Shown here: in pieces, positions 39,921 through 48,511 of the stretch | Layout: every line of letters begins with the position of its first letter | Position numbering within the stretch: position 1 is the first letter of the stretch | Source: an uncultured Prevotellaceae bacterium | GTDB taxonomy: Bacteria; Bacteroidota; Bacteroidia; Bacteroidales; Bacteroidaceae | Length of the DNA stretch: 64,000 bases | Assembly: GCA_902789415.1 (NCBI GenBank) | Contig: CADAOD010000021.1 | Location: forward strand, 5,030 to 69,029 | Direction of reading: 5' to 3' | Program-made: the position numbers and the translations under genes | The notes under the pieces: generated by a model | The model's input: only the letters and a program-made list of their open reading frames with translations | Told to the model about the DNA's origin: nothing | Databases searched by the model: none

Positions 39921-40118
39921 ATGGATGCCAACTACTATAGCAGCTATCTGAAGGTATATCTTACCGATGCCGGTGATGCCCGAAAGGATGATGAAGACTT
40001 CATCAGTTCCAGGGCCGATGCAGCATCAGAAGAGTATGAGGTGCAGCGCCGTGCCGGTGCTCCACCCCCATGTGCCCAGGAAATGGCAATGTCAGTCCTG
40101 ATGGTAGGGTTAGAATAG
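39921..40118 (+). CDS. DUF1896-like small protein
   Basis: YYSSYLKVYL..FISSRADAASEEYE....G.....AQEMAMSVLMVGL pattern of Bacteroidota conjugative elements. Confidence 0.7.
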   Translation: MDANYYSSYLKVYLTDAGDARKDDEDFISSRADAASEEYEVQRRAGAPPPCAQEMAMSVLMVGLE

Positions 40119-40127
40119 CGATCTTTG

Positions 40128-41297
40128 AAACACTGAGATATAGCCTGGCATGCGGCACTTGAGCGATGGGGTTACGCTATTAAGTTAAGTGTTCTGTGAT
40201 TCCATGAGCGTAGCGGTGCCAGGCCCTTATATCGCCGAAGGACTGGATAACGGTTACTGCACCTATTTCTTCTGGAGCATGACTCCGTTTGTGATGGATG
40301 CAGGTTAAGACGTCGAGCTTAGGGGGCGTTCATACGAACGAGCATCTATGACCAGTGAAGGCGATTACTACTGGAGGTTATGCTGTCATTGTCATTATAG
40401 GATTGAATTGCATTAGCAAGGTCTCTCCGCGACGCAGCATATACCTCCATTTTGGGACTTGCGGAGGGGTTCGTCAACAACTGCCCCTGTATGACCATCC
40501 CATGAGCGAGCGGTGCCAGGTTCCTATGGGGAATGTCGGCACTTGAGCCTCCTTTTTGGTGAGCGTTGCGATTCCCCGTCATGGGAAAAGCGGGTGAGAG
40601 TCCCGCACAAGGGGAATGGCAGTTGCTTTGAAAGGTGATCCCACACCCGGTACGACGATTCCCCGTTCTTCTTGGAGGGTTGCGCCAGAGCGTCAAGGGC
40701 GTAAGGAGTGGGGCAAGTACATCACTCGCTGAGAGGCCCCTCCATCTACTGGAGAGTGCAGTATAGGTATTCACAGGTGCTACGGCACGTCTGCGAGGGT
40801 CTGAGGCAAACGCCGATAACGACTGGAAAAACGGCTCTCCATTCTTCTGGGAGTCATTGCCATTATAGGATAGAATTGCATCCGCAAGGTCTTTCCGCGG
40901 CGCTCCCATCTTCTCAGGACGGATGTAATAGTCCTGAAGCTGCACACTGCCGGGTGGAGTAGTTCCCTGCATCCGGGTTCTTCCACTGAAGACAAGCCAG
41001 ACAGGAGTGCAGCATTTTTGGAAACGCCATGTACGCCTCGGCGGAATCGGACTGCCGTCGATCTTGGGTTTCCATCGGGAGGATATTCACGGGAACTGTG
41101 TCCGTGCAGAAGTGCCTCCCGACCTATTGGAGAGTGCGGATATAGGCGAATCCGGGTGCTTCAATGGCACGTCTGGGTGTCCCTGAGATAGCATCAATAA
41201 TGGGTGGAAAAACGGCTCTCCAATCTACTGAGCTGCTGCCGTTGGCTACGCGATTAGGTTCGTGTTCTGTAGTTCGACGGTGGCAGTGTTTTTTTTG
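40128..41297 (+). ncRNA. Candidate large modular structured RNA (or RNA-motif array)
   Basis: No credible ORF; duplicated motifs with compensatory changes; G-U pairs favour the + strand; ends in a hairpin plus T8 at 41235-41296. Confidence 0.6.
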
Positions 41298-41455
41298 ACT
41301 CTGTGCTTTTTGGACAGGACGTCGGCGAATCTGCAAGGGGTGCTGCTCGATGGGAGGAACCCTTTCCAATTCTTTCCAATTCTTGCAAAATTGGAAAGAA
41401 TTATATATATTGGGCGCAGTCCGCTATTACCGATTCCAGAGAGAATAAAGACTTG

Positions 41456-41546
41456 TTAACAATTATCAGCCGCTGGCTGGGAATTATAAAAATATGTAAA
41501 AGAACTGTTGAAAAGTTGTTTTACATTAACTTTTTCGTAACTTTGC
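41456..41546 (+). promoter_or_regulatory. 91-bp promoter cassette, copy 1
   Basis: 85/91 identical to 42681-42771; ends in a TAnnTTTG box. Confidence 0.8.
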
Positions 41547-41604
41547 ACTCAAAGAACGTGGACTTGATGCTCCACAACCATTGTATATTCAAATATTTGA
41601 TAAA

Positions 41605-42285
41605 ATGAAACATGTACTTTTATTATTAGTGTTTTTTGCCATTCCTGCTATCAGTATTGCCCAGGGAGCAGATGATTTCTTCACCAGTCCTGAATTTAAG
41701 GCAGACATTCAAGAGTACAACAAGACAACGAAAGGCAGTAACAAGAAGCGTTGCCAGATGTTGATGAAGTTAGAAAATCATATGAACGATGAAGGTGAAA
41801 TCCAATATCAGTACGTGTTTCATGCCAAGGACACCCTGAATAGAGCACAGCTCATGGAGATTGTCAAGCGATGGGCCAAGACGAATTATAAGAATCTTGA
41901 GAAATCGACTATCAGCGAGACGGACAGTACCGCTGAATATACAGGCTATTTTATGAATGTCGGTCAGGTTATGGGTGCTTTTAAGGCCGTCATCATCAAT
42001 GCAATTTCGTATGTCCTCATCGAAGCCAAGGCCGACAGGATTAGAGTGACGGCTACCGTCAGACACTACTCCCTGGCACAGGGAAGTGTTTCCGGTGCCA
42101 AGACTGCCCTAACCTTACCAAAAGATGTTTATCCATATGCTGATTCATCTAATCAAAGTACCTATGCTCAGGCATATATTAACTGTCACTATAATCTTAT
42201 AACAACAGTTGCCGGTATTCTGATGTATCTTAACAAGAATTACCCTTCTTTCCCTGCTAAGGAAAAGAAGAATGATGATTGGTGA
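41605..42285 (+). CDS. Secreted DUF4468-like protein (start moved to ATG 41605)
   Basis: Signal peptide; YQYVF..LNRAQLMEIVKRWA..IEAKADRIRVT. Confidence 0.6.
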   Translation: MKHVLLLLVFFAIPAISIAQGADDFFTSPEFKADIQEYNKTTKGSNKKRCQMLMKLENHMNDEGEIQYQYVFHAKDTLNRAQLMEIVKRWAKTNYKNLEKSTISETDSTAEYTGYFMNVGQVMGAFKAVIINAISYVLIEAKADRIRVTATVRHYSLAQGSVSGAKTALTLPKDVYPYADSSNQSTYAQAYINCHYNLITTVAGILMYLNKNYPSFPAKEKKNDDW

Positions 42286-42328
42286 TTAGACCGCTAAGTC
42301 ATTATACGAGGCTGAAACTGCCTATTTC

Positions 42329-42360
42329 AGGTGTCGCATCATATCGATGCGGCACCTTTT
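42329..42360 (+). terminator. Terminator
   Basis: AGGTGTCGCATC/GATGCGGCACCT plus T run. Confidence 0.8.
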
Positions 42361-42680
42361 CTTTGAAATATAACAGGTTATCTTGCCTATTTGGGTAAGA
42401 TTATCTTACCCATGTACCCTGTATCAGATCAGCCTACTAAAATATAAGGTGCTCCTTGTATTTTACATCAATTTTGATGTATTTGAAGGTGTAAAGATAT
42501 TTTATTTCGCCCGATTTTAGGGGGATATAACTACCTCACCTGCAGTCTGTTTCGCGTTCTACGGGCTTTATATGAGGTCATTTTCTCCGTCGACATCGGT
42601 AAAATGCCCGTTTCGGCAAAATACTTGACAATATTCAGTTGGCGTATCTTTTACCGATGCAGGAAAGGAATTTGTACCTA

Positions 42681-42771
42681 TTAACAGTTATCAGCCACTG
42701 GCTGGGAATTATAAAAATATGTAAAAGAACTGTTGAAAAGATGTTTTGCATTATCTTTTTCGTACCTTTGC
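42681..42771 (+). promoter_or_regulatory. 91-bp promoter cassette, copy 2
   Basis: Direct repeat of 41456-41546; ends in TACCTTTG. Confidence 0.8.
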
Positions 42772-42793
42772 TGTCAGATAATAACTCTCAGCA

Positions 42794-45562
42794 ATGAAAT
42801 CAGACAAACAAATCGCCAAAGATGCTGCTGAATTTGCAGACCGTTGGCAGGGAGAAGGGTACGAAAAAGGTCAAAGCCAGATGTTTTGGAGTGACCTTCT
42901 GACGAAAGTTTATGGGATAGAAGATCTTACGTCTTTCGTCCGTTTCGAGGAACAGGTGAAGAGTGATATATCAACCACCAACTTCATCGATGTTCGTATT
43001 CCATCAACGAAGGTGTTCATAGAGCAGAAGTCCATCAACAAAGACCTACGTGCTCCCATCAGGCAAAGTGACGGTAATTTCCTGACACCATTTCAGCAGG
43101 TGAAGAGGTATGCCAACGATGTAAGCTATTCACAGCGTCCACGTTGGATAATTACCTGCAATTTCAAAGAGTTCCTGGTCTATGACATGGAACAGCCGAA
43201 CAGCGAGCCAGAAAGTATTTTACTGAAAGACCTCGGTACCGATTATTATCGTCTGAAGTTCCTCGTCGATGAAAAGAGCGAGCATATCAGCAAGGAGATG
43301 GAGGTTTCAATGGCAGCGGGAGAAATTGTAGGACGTATCTACGATGCGCTGCTGAAGCAATATGATGACAATTCACCAGAAGCTCTGCGATGGCTGAATA
43401 TCCTTTGTGTCCGCATTGTGTTCTGTCTGTATGCTGAGGATGCTGGCATCTTCAGCCGAGACCAATTCCATAACTATCTGGCGAAATTTGACGCAGAAGG
43501 AATGCGGCAAGCACTACTGCAGTTATTCCAAACGCTGAACACAAAGGAAGGTAACAGGAGCAAATTCTTACGAGACGACCTGAAAGCATTCCCATATACC
43601 AATGGAGGATTGTTTGCTGCTGAAATCGAGATACCTCAGTTTACGGATGAGCTGCGTAAGGTTTTATTGCATAATGCCAGTCTCGATTTCGATTGGAGCA
43701 AGATATCCCCCACCATCTTTGGAGCCGTTTTTGAATCGACATTGAACCCGGAAACGAGACGTGCAGGAGGTATGCACTACACCAGTATTGAGAATATTCA
43801 TAAAGTCATTGATGCCCTATTCCTGAATACACTCAGGAAGGAGTTCGAGACCATTCTTGAAGAGAAAGTAGAGAAGACCAGGAACAGGCTGCTTGATGCC
43901 TTTCAAGACAAGCTGGCCAGTCTGGTTTTCTTCGATCCCGCTTGTGGCTCCGGCAACTTCCTGACGGAAACATACCTAAGTCTGCGCCGTCTGGAGAATG
44001 ACGTCATTCGTGCCAGATATCACGGACAGGCATTTATTGGTTTTGAAGATAATTCGCCCATCAAGGTAAGTATAAGCCAGTTCTACGGCATAGAGATAAA
44101 CGACTTTGCCGTGACAGTGGCCACCACTGCCCTTTGGATTAGTGAGGCCCAGATGTTGGCTGAGACAGAGAAGATTATTGACTTTAATGATGACTTCCTT
44201 CCACTAAAGACCTACACGAATATTACGGAAGGTAATGCCCTACGCATAGAATGGAAGGATGTAGTTCCTGTAGAGCGACTGTCATATATCATCGGCAATC
44301 CTCCATTTGTTGGCCATCAATGGCGCAATGAGACGCAGCAGGAGGACATGAATCTTGTATTCGCAGATGCAAAGAAACATGGGAAACTTGACTACGTAGC
44401 TTGTTGGTATAAAAAAGCAGCTGATTTAATGCAGAACACACACATCAAATGTGCTTTCGTTTCAACAAACAGTATAACACAAGGTGAAAGTGTGGCGGCA
44501 TTGTGGGAATTGCTTTTTGGGCAGTTTTATGTGGAAATTCAGTTCGCTTATCGAACATTCAACTGGACAAGTGAGGCTTCTCTTAAAGCAGCCGTGCATT
44601 GTGTCATTATAGGTTTTACATGTTACCACGATAAGGAGCAGAAGATTCTTTTTGATAACGACAAGCTATCTTATGTTGAGCATATCAATGGATATCTCTT
44701 AGCGGCTCCCGACATCTTCATTCAGTCAAGAGGGAAACCCCTCAATGCTGATTTACCCATTATGAGCAAAGGAAGTCAGCCAACAGATGGAGGAAATCTG
44801 ATTCTGTCGGTAGAGGAGCGTGAGGAACTAATAAAAGCCTTTCCTGATGCTGAAGTTTTCGTCAAACGTTACATGGGAAGCGATGAGTTTATAAATAACA
44901 AGTATAGATATTGCTTATGGCTAAAGGGGGTCGCACCATCTGATTATAGGAAGATTTCCCCAGTTATGGAACGTTTAAAGAAGGTTGCTGAGACAAGATC
45001 CAAGAGTCCAACGGCATCGGTGAGACGCGATGCAGATATTCCCATGCTATTCACTCAGATTCGACAACCCGAAAGTAATTACCTTGCTGTTCCTGAAGTT
45101 TCTTCACAACGTCGTAGGTATATTCCTATAGGATATATGTCACCAGATGTCATATCGAGTAGTAAACTTATTCTGATTCCCGATGCTTCCATTTACATGT
45201 TTGGCGTGATGACGTCTAATGTTCACATGGCATGGATGCGTGTTGTTTGTGGGCGTTTGAAAAGCGATTATAGCTATTCTCCAGCCGTTTACAACAACTT
45301 CCCATGGCCATCACCCACGGATGAACAGAAAGTAAAGATTGAGCAGACTGCGCAAGCTATACTCGATGCCCGTGCGCTTTATCCGGAAAGCAGTTTGGCA
45401 GATCTCTATGACGAAGTGGCTATGCCACCAGAGCTGCGAAAAGCGCACCAGGCTAACGACCGTGCCGTCATGGAGGCCTATGGATGGAAAGCTGACAGGA
45501 ATTTCACTGAAAGCGTTTGTGTGGCTGAACTATTCAAGCTATACCAGAATTTGGCAAAATGA
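42794..45562 (+). CDS. MmeI-like (Type IIL/IIG) fused restriction endonuclease - N6-adenine methyltransferase
   Basis: N-terminal nuclease (FIDV..VFIEQKS), GMHYT, FDPACGSGNFL, IGNPPF, C-terminal TRD (H.AW.R.VCGRLKSDY.YS...YNNFPWP). Confidence 0.9.
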   Translation: MKSDKQIAKDAAEFADRWQGEGYEKGQSQMFWSDLLTKVYGIEDLTSFVRFEEQVKSDISTTNFIDVRIPSTKVFIEQKSINKDLRAPIRQSDGNFLTPFQQVKRYANDVSYSQRPRWIITCNFKEFLVYDMEQPNSEPESILLKDLGTDYYRLKFLVDEKSEHISKEMEVSMAAGEIVGRIYDALLKQYDDNSPEALRWLNILCVRIVFCLYAEDAGIFSRDQFHNYLAKFDAEGMRQALLQLFQTLNTKEGNRSKFLRDDLKAFPYTNGGLFAAEIEIPQFTDELRKVLLHNASLDFDWSKISPTIFGAVFESTLNPETRRAGGMHYTSIENIHKVIDALFLNTLRKEFETILEEKVEKTRNRLLDAFQDKLASLVFFDPACGSGNFLTETYLSLRRLENDVIRARYHGQAFIGFEDNSPIKVSISQFYGIEINDFAVTVATTALWISEAQMLAETEKIIDFNDDFLPLKTYTNITEGNALRIEWKDVVPVERLSYIIGNPPFVGHQWRNETQQEDMNLVFADAKKHGKLDYVACWYKKAADLMQNTHIKCAFVSTNSITQGESVAALWELLFGQFYVEIQFAYRTFNWTSEASLKAAVHCVIIGFTCYHDKEQKILFDNDKLSYVEHINGYLLAAPDIFIQSRGKPLNADLPIMSKGSQPTDGGNLILSVEEREELIKAFPDAEVFVKRYMGSDEFINNKYRYCLWLKGVAPSDYRKISPVMERLKKVAETRSKSPTASVRRDADIPMLFTQIRQPESNYLAVPEVSSQRRRYIPIGYMSPDVISSSKLILIPDASIYMFGVMTSNVHMAWMRVVCGRLKSDYSYSPAVYNNFPWPSPTDEQKVKIEQTAQAILDARALYPESSLADLYDEVAMPPELRKAHQANDRAVMEAYGWKADRNFTESVCVAELFKLYQNLAK

Positions 45563-45669
45563 ATATCTATACTTTGTATAAGAGTTGCCCCACATCACGT
45601 GAGACAACTCTTTTTTTATTTTATAATTTTTATATAGAATATCTGCATCGGTAAATAATAGTGGCATGT

Positions 45670-47631
45670 TCATCTTTTTTTTGTCGTTTTCTGGCTCTGT
45701 GACGAAGATCTGCGAGGTAAGAACATGTTGAACATATTCTGCCACCATCTATACTTGTCATCGCTATCCTTGGGCAGTTCATTATTTTCCCCACCACCGA
45801 CACCCGTACTCTGCATAGCAGAGAGTATCATGCCAAGATATCCCTTCACTACATTATCCCTGACTTCTGAATAGATATTATTTTTGTATGGCGTATACCC
45901 CTCTATCTCGTTAATAAGATGCCGCGACATCAATTCCAGGGTAGGCAGATGTAAGATATCCATTTTTTCTTCATAACCTCGAGCGACTATACCCTTTGCT
46001 ATCCCAATTATATTTTCTTCGAGTATTTCTTTGCGCGAGAAAGGATCCTTGAACATATTCTCAAATATATTTCTTGCATTCTCAATATCATCAAGACACT
46101 TTTCGTGTATTGTCGGCTCGGTCTGTACTGGGGTATGATGATGAGCAGGACGCGTAGAAACCGGCTTCTGAGTGACCATAGGAGTCGGTTTGATAATCTG
46201 CTTCTTTTTCTTTCCCATAGCGACATAATTAGCATATGCTACAGCGGCATCAGCAGTCTTTTCGGCTTCTTTTCTATCACCATTATCATTTTCGTAGATA
46301 GCTTTATCCAACAAATATAAGGCTTTTTCTCTTGCTTCTTCAACCGTCATTTCCAGATCATCAAGGTTAGGTGAATATATACCATTGGTTGAGACATAAT
46401 TTCTATCGCATTCCTCTATAATATACTCTGCTAATTCATAATCCCGAATAGTACTACGATCAAATGGCTCTTCATCGAGATATGCCATTTCGTCATCTGG
46501 TATCTTTTCTGATTGGATGACATCTACTGTATGGGCGGCTTCATTTGAAGATATGACAGTTCCTTTCTCCTGTCCTTTTCTCCATTCTGGATTAAGAAGC
46601 TGCTCCAATGGCATAATATCACTGCCCTTGAATACAATTTTCTTATTATTATCAACTATAGTGTAGCCTTTGACTTCACCGTCCCACTTCGAGAACACTA
46701 CAGACAGTCCGAATTTCGCTTTCAATTCCTCCAGGAACTGCTTAAACTGTGCCTTTCTGATACCCTTGATGTCTTCACCCAAGGCGTTCTGGCCATCGAA
46801 AGCAGCCCCCTTTACACCCTTCTTACTGTCAGTAGCAGTATGCTTTTTCCCCTTCTTTGTCTTCACGACTTCCGGGTCATCCACCAGGTAGTCCATCGAC
46901 CTGCGCCGGTGGTCAAGTATGATACCTTTAAGCTGCTTGATACGATCCTTCTCGTTATCTTTATTCTTGCCTGTTGCTTCTATCTGGTTATTTATTTCTT
47001 CATCGGTAAAGTTAGTAAGAACCTCTTGAGCACGCCTTACGTGTACCACGCCGAGTTCACTATTGTAGTATGACTGACGATATCCTACAGCGCGTAGTAG
47101 ATTAAGAAACTGTTCCCTCGACTCGAACTTATATTTCAGTAGATTCTCCAGCTTATCTTTTTTGTTATACCCTAACAATTTATCGAGTATGCGCCGGGCT
47201 TTTATGCCCTCGCAGTAATTGTCTATCCATTCTCCTGTAGTCTTGTTAACTGTCACCGTGGCACTATGTATATGGTAATGACCAGAGTCAAGATGCCCCC
47301 AGAACACCATTGGTTGTCCTGCATATCCCATATCTTCAAGCACCTTGATCCCCAGTTCCAACAATCGTTGTTTATCCTCTTCTGTCGGCTTTCCGGGCAG
47401 GGAAAACATCGTATGTTTCTGTGGGTGCACTACCTGAGGATTACGGTCGGCTATCTTCTTTAAATACCTACTTAGCACTACCGGAGAATGTATATTATAC
47501 TTCTCCAGCTCACCGAAATTCTTCATTCCGAGGAATATCGCTTTACCCTCTGCTACCTTCTTCTCGTTGTAGAAACAGGCCGCGAAAGTAGTAGCATCAT
47601 TCCCCAATATTTTCACGTTTGCTCTATCCAT
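45670..47631 (-). CDS. MOBP-type relaxase
   Basis: Motif I ACFYNEKKV; motif III VFWGHLDSGHYHIHS. Confidence 0.88.
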   Translation of the reverse strand: MDRANVKILGNDATTFAACFYNEKKVAEGKAIFLGMKNFGELEKYNIHSPVVLSRYLKKIADRNPQVVHPQKHTMFSLPGKPTEEDKQRLLELGIKVLEDMGYAGQPMVFWGHLDSGHYHIHSATVTVNKTTGEWIDNYCEGIKARRILDKLLGYNKKDKLENLLKYKFESREQFLNLLRAVGYRQSYYNSELGVVHVRRAQEVLTNFTDEEINNQIEATGKNKDNEKDRIKQLKGIILDHRRRSMDYLVDDPEVVKTKKGKKHTATDSKKGVKGAAFDGQNALGEDIKGIRKAQFKQFLEELKAKFGLSVVFSKWDGEVKGYTIVDNNKKIVFKGSDIMPLEQLLNPEWRKGQEKGTVISSNEAAHTVDVIQSEKIPDDEMAYLDEEPFDRSTIRDYELAEYIIEECDRNYVSTNGIYSPNLDDLEMTVEEAREKALYLLDKAIYENDNGDRKEAEKTADAAVAYANYVAMGKKKKQIIKPTPMVTQKPVSTRPAHHHTPVQTEPTIHEKCLDDIENARNIFENMFKDPFSRKEILEENIIGIAKGIVARGYEEKMDILHLPTLELMSRHLINEIEGYTPYKNNIYSEVRDNVVKGYLGMILSAMQSTGVGGGENNELPKDSDDKYRWWQNMFNMFLPRRSSSQSQKTTKKR

Positions 47632-47633
47632 TG

Positions 47634-48332
47634 TTACTCCTCTTCTTTATTATATCTACTTTCAAGTTCATCTATTAACAGATAAACAGGCAGCTCGCCA
47701 TAACCATCAACATTCCCACTGATATAGTCCTGTAAAGCTCGTAAAAGTTGTCCTACTTTCACTTTAAAATTTCCTACAGGAGGGAATACCAGGCATCTGG
47801 TAAGCAGCTCATCTTCCTTTAAAAGAATATCCGAAATAGCGTTTTTATCGTTCACTACAGTTTCTTTATATTCCCTTATAAGAGTTCGTATAGATGCCAT
47901 ATTTTCAAGGGTGCCATCCCTGAACTGTAGCAATTCTCGACGTTGTTCTGATACCTCCGTTCCGTTTTCCTCAGCCTTCAACATCAGCAGATTTATCTTC
48001 TTCGCTATCTGGTTGACGTTGTTTCCGAGGCGGTTAATCTCTTCTATTATTCGCCTGAAGTCTGCTTCGAAGGTCGCGAGAACCATACGGTTATCAGCGA
48101 TACATTTTACCAGAGAGTCAGCATCTTTAAGACTCACTCCGACGCCATCATCCATGTGGTTTACTGCGTACCTTATCATATTACTAAGGGAGTATTTGGG
48201 CTTGCCGAAACCGTTCATAGATCTCGCAACCCATTTCCCCTTATCCCTTTCACGAAGGTGTATCTGGTTATCATTTCTCTTCTTTCCAGATACCCTTACC
48301 GGCTTCATTTTTTTGTCTTCCATCATCATCAA
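47634..48332 (-). CDS. MobC-like relaxosome accessory protein
   Basis: EINRLGNNVNQIAKKIN motif; directly upstream of the relaxase. Confidence 0.85.
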   Translation of the reverse strand: MMMMEDKKMKPVRVSGKKRNDNQIHLRERDKGKWVARSMNGFGKPKYSLSNMIRYAVNHMDDGVGVSLKDADSLVKCIADNRMVLATFEADFRRIIEEINRLGNNVNQIAKKINLLMLKAEENGTEVSEQRRELLQFRDGTLENMASIRTLIREYKETVVNDKNAISDILLKEDELLTRCLVFPPVGNFKVKVGQLLRALQDYISGNVDGYGELPVYLLIDELESRYNKEEE

Positions 48333-48365
48333 TATTAAAAAAATGAGTAATACATTATGTTTGAA

Positions 48366-48396
48366 GTGCCCGACTAAGAGGGCACGTTACCCCTGC
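48366..48396 (+). other. Candidate oriT/nic
   Basis: Inverted repeat GTGCCC/GGGCAC followed by TTACCCCTG^C, resembling the MOBP YATCCTG^Y nic; upstream of mobC. Confidence 0.5.
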
Positions 48397-48511
48397 AAGG
48401 GCGGGATGGGAAGGTGTACATAATGGCATCGTTAGAGGCCGTTGTGTACCACCTGCCACTTCCCGCCTACTTCTGGAAATTCTGGCAACGCCGGATTTCC
48501 TTGAAGTACTG

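Noticed and set aside
40570-40620. Cobalamin riboswitch
   Set aside because: Only the GGGAA + T-loop hairpin resembles it; no B12 box or GCCCCCGC/ACTGTAA elements, and no B12 genes nearby
40346-40972. 208-aa minus-strand ORF as a real protein
   Set aside because: No recognisable domain; differences between its internal repeat copies are mostly non-synonymous but preserve base pairs on the + strand
40985-41045. Hammerhead ribozyme (CTGAAGA..GAAAC)
   Set aside because: Stem II is weak and no stem III with the required A-U pair and UH cleavage triplet can be built
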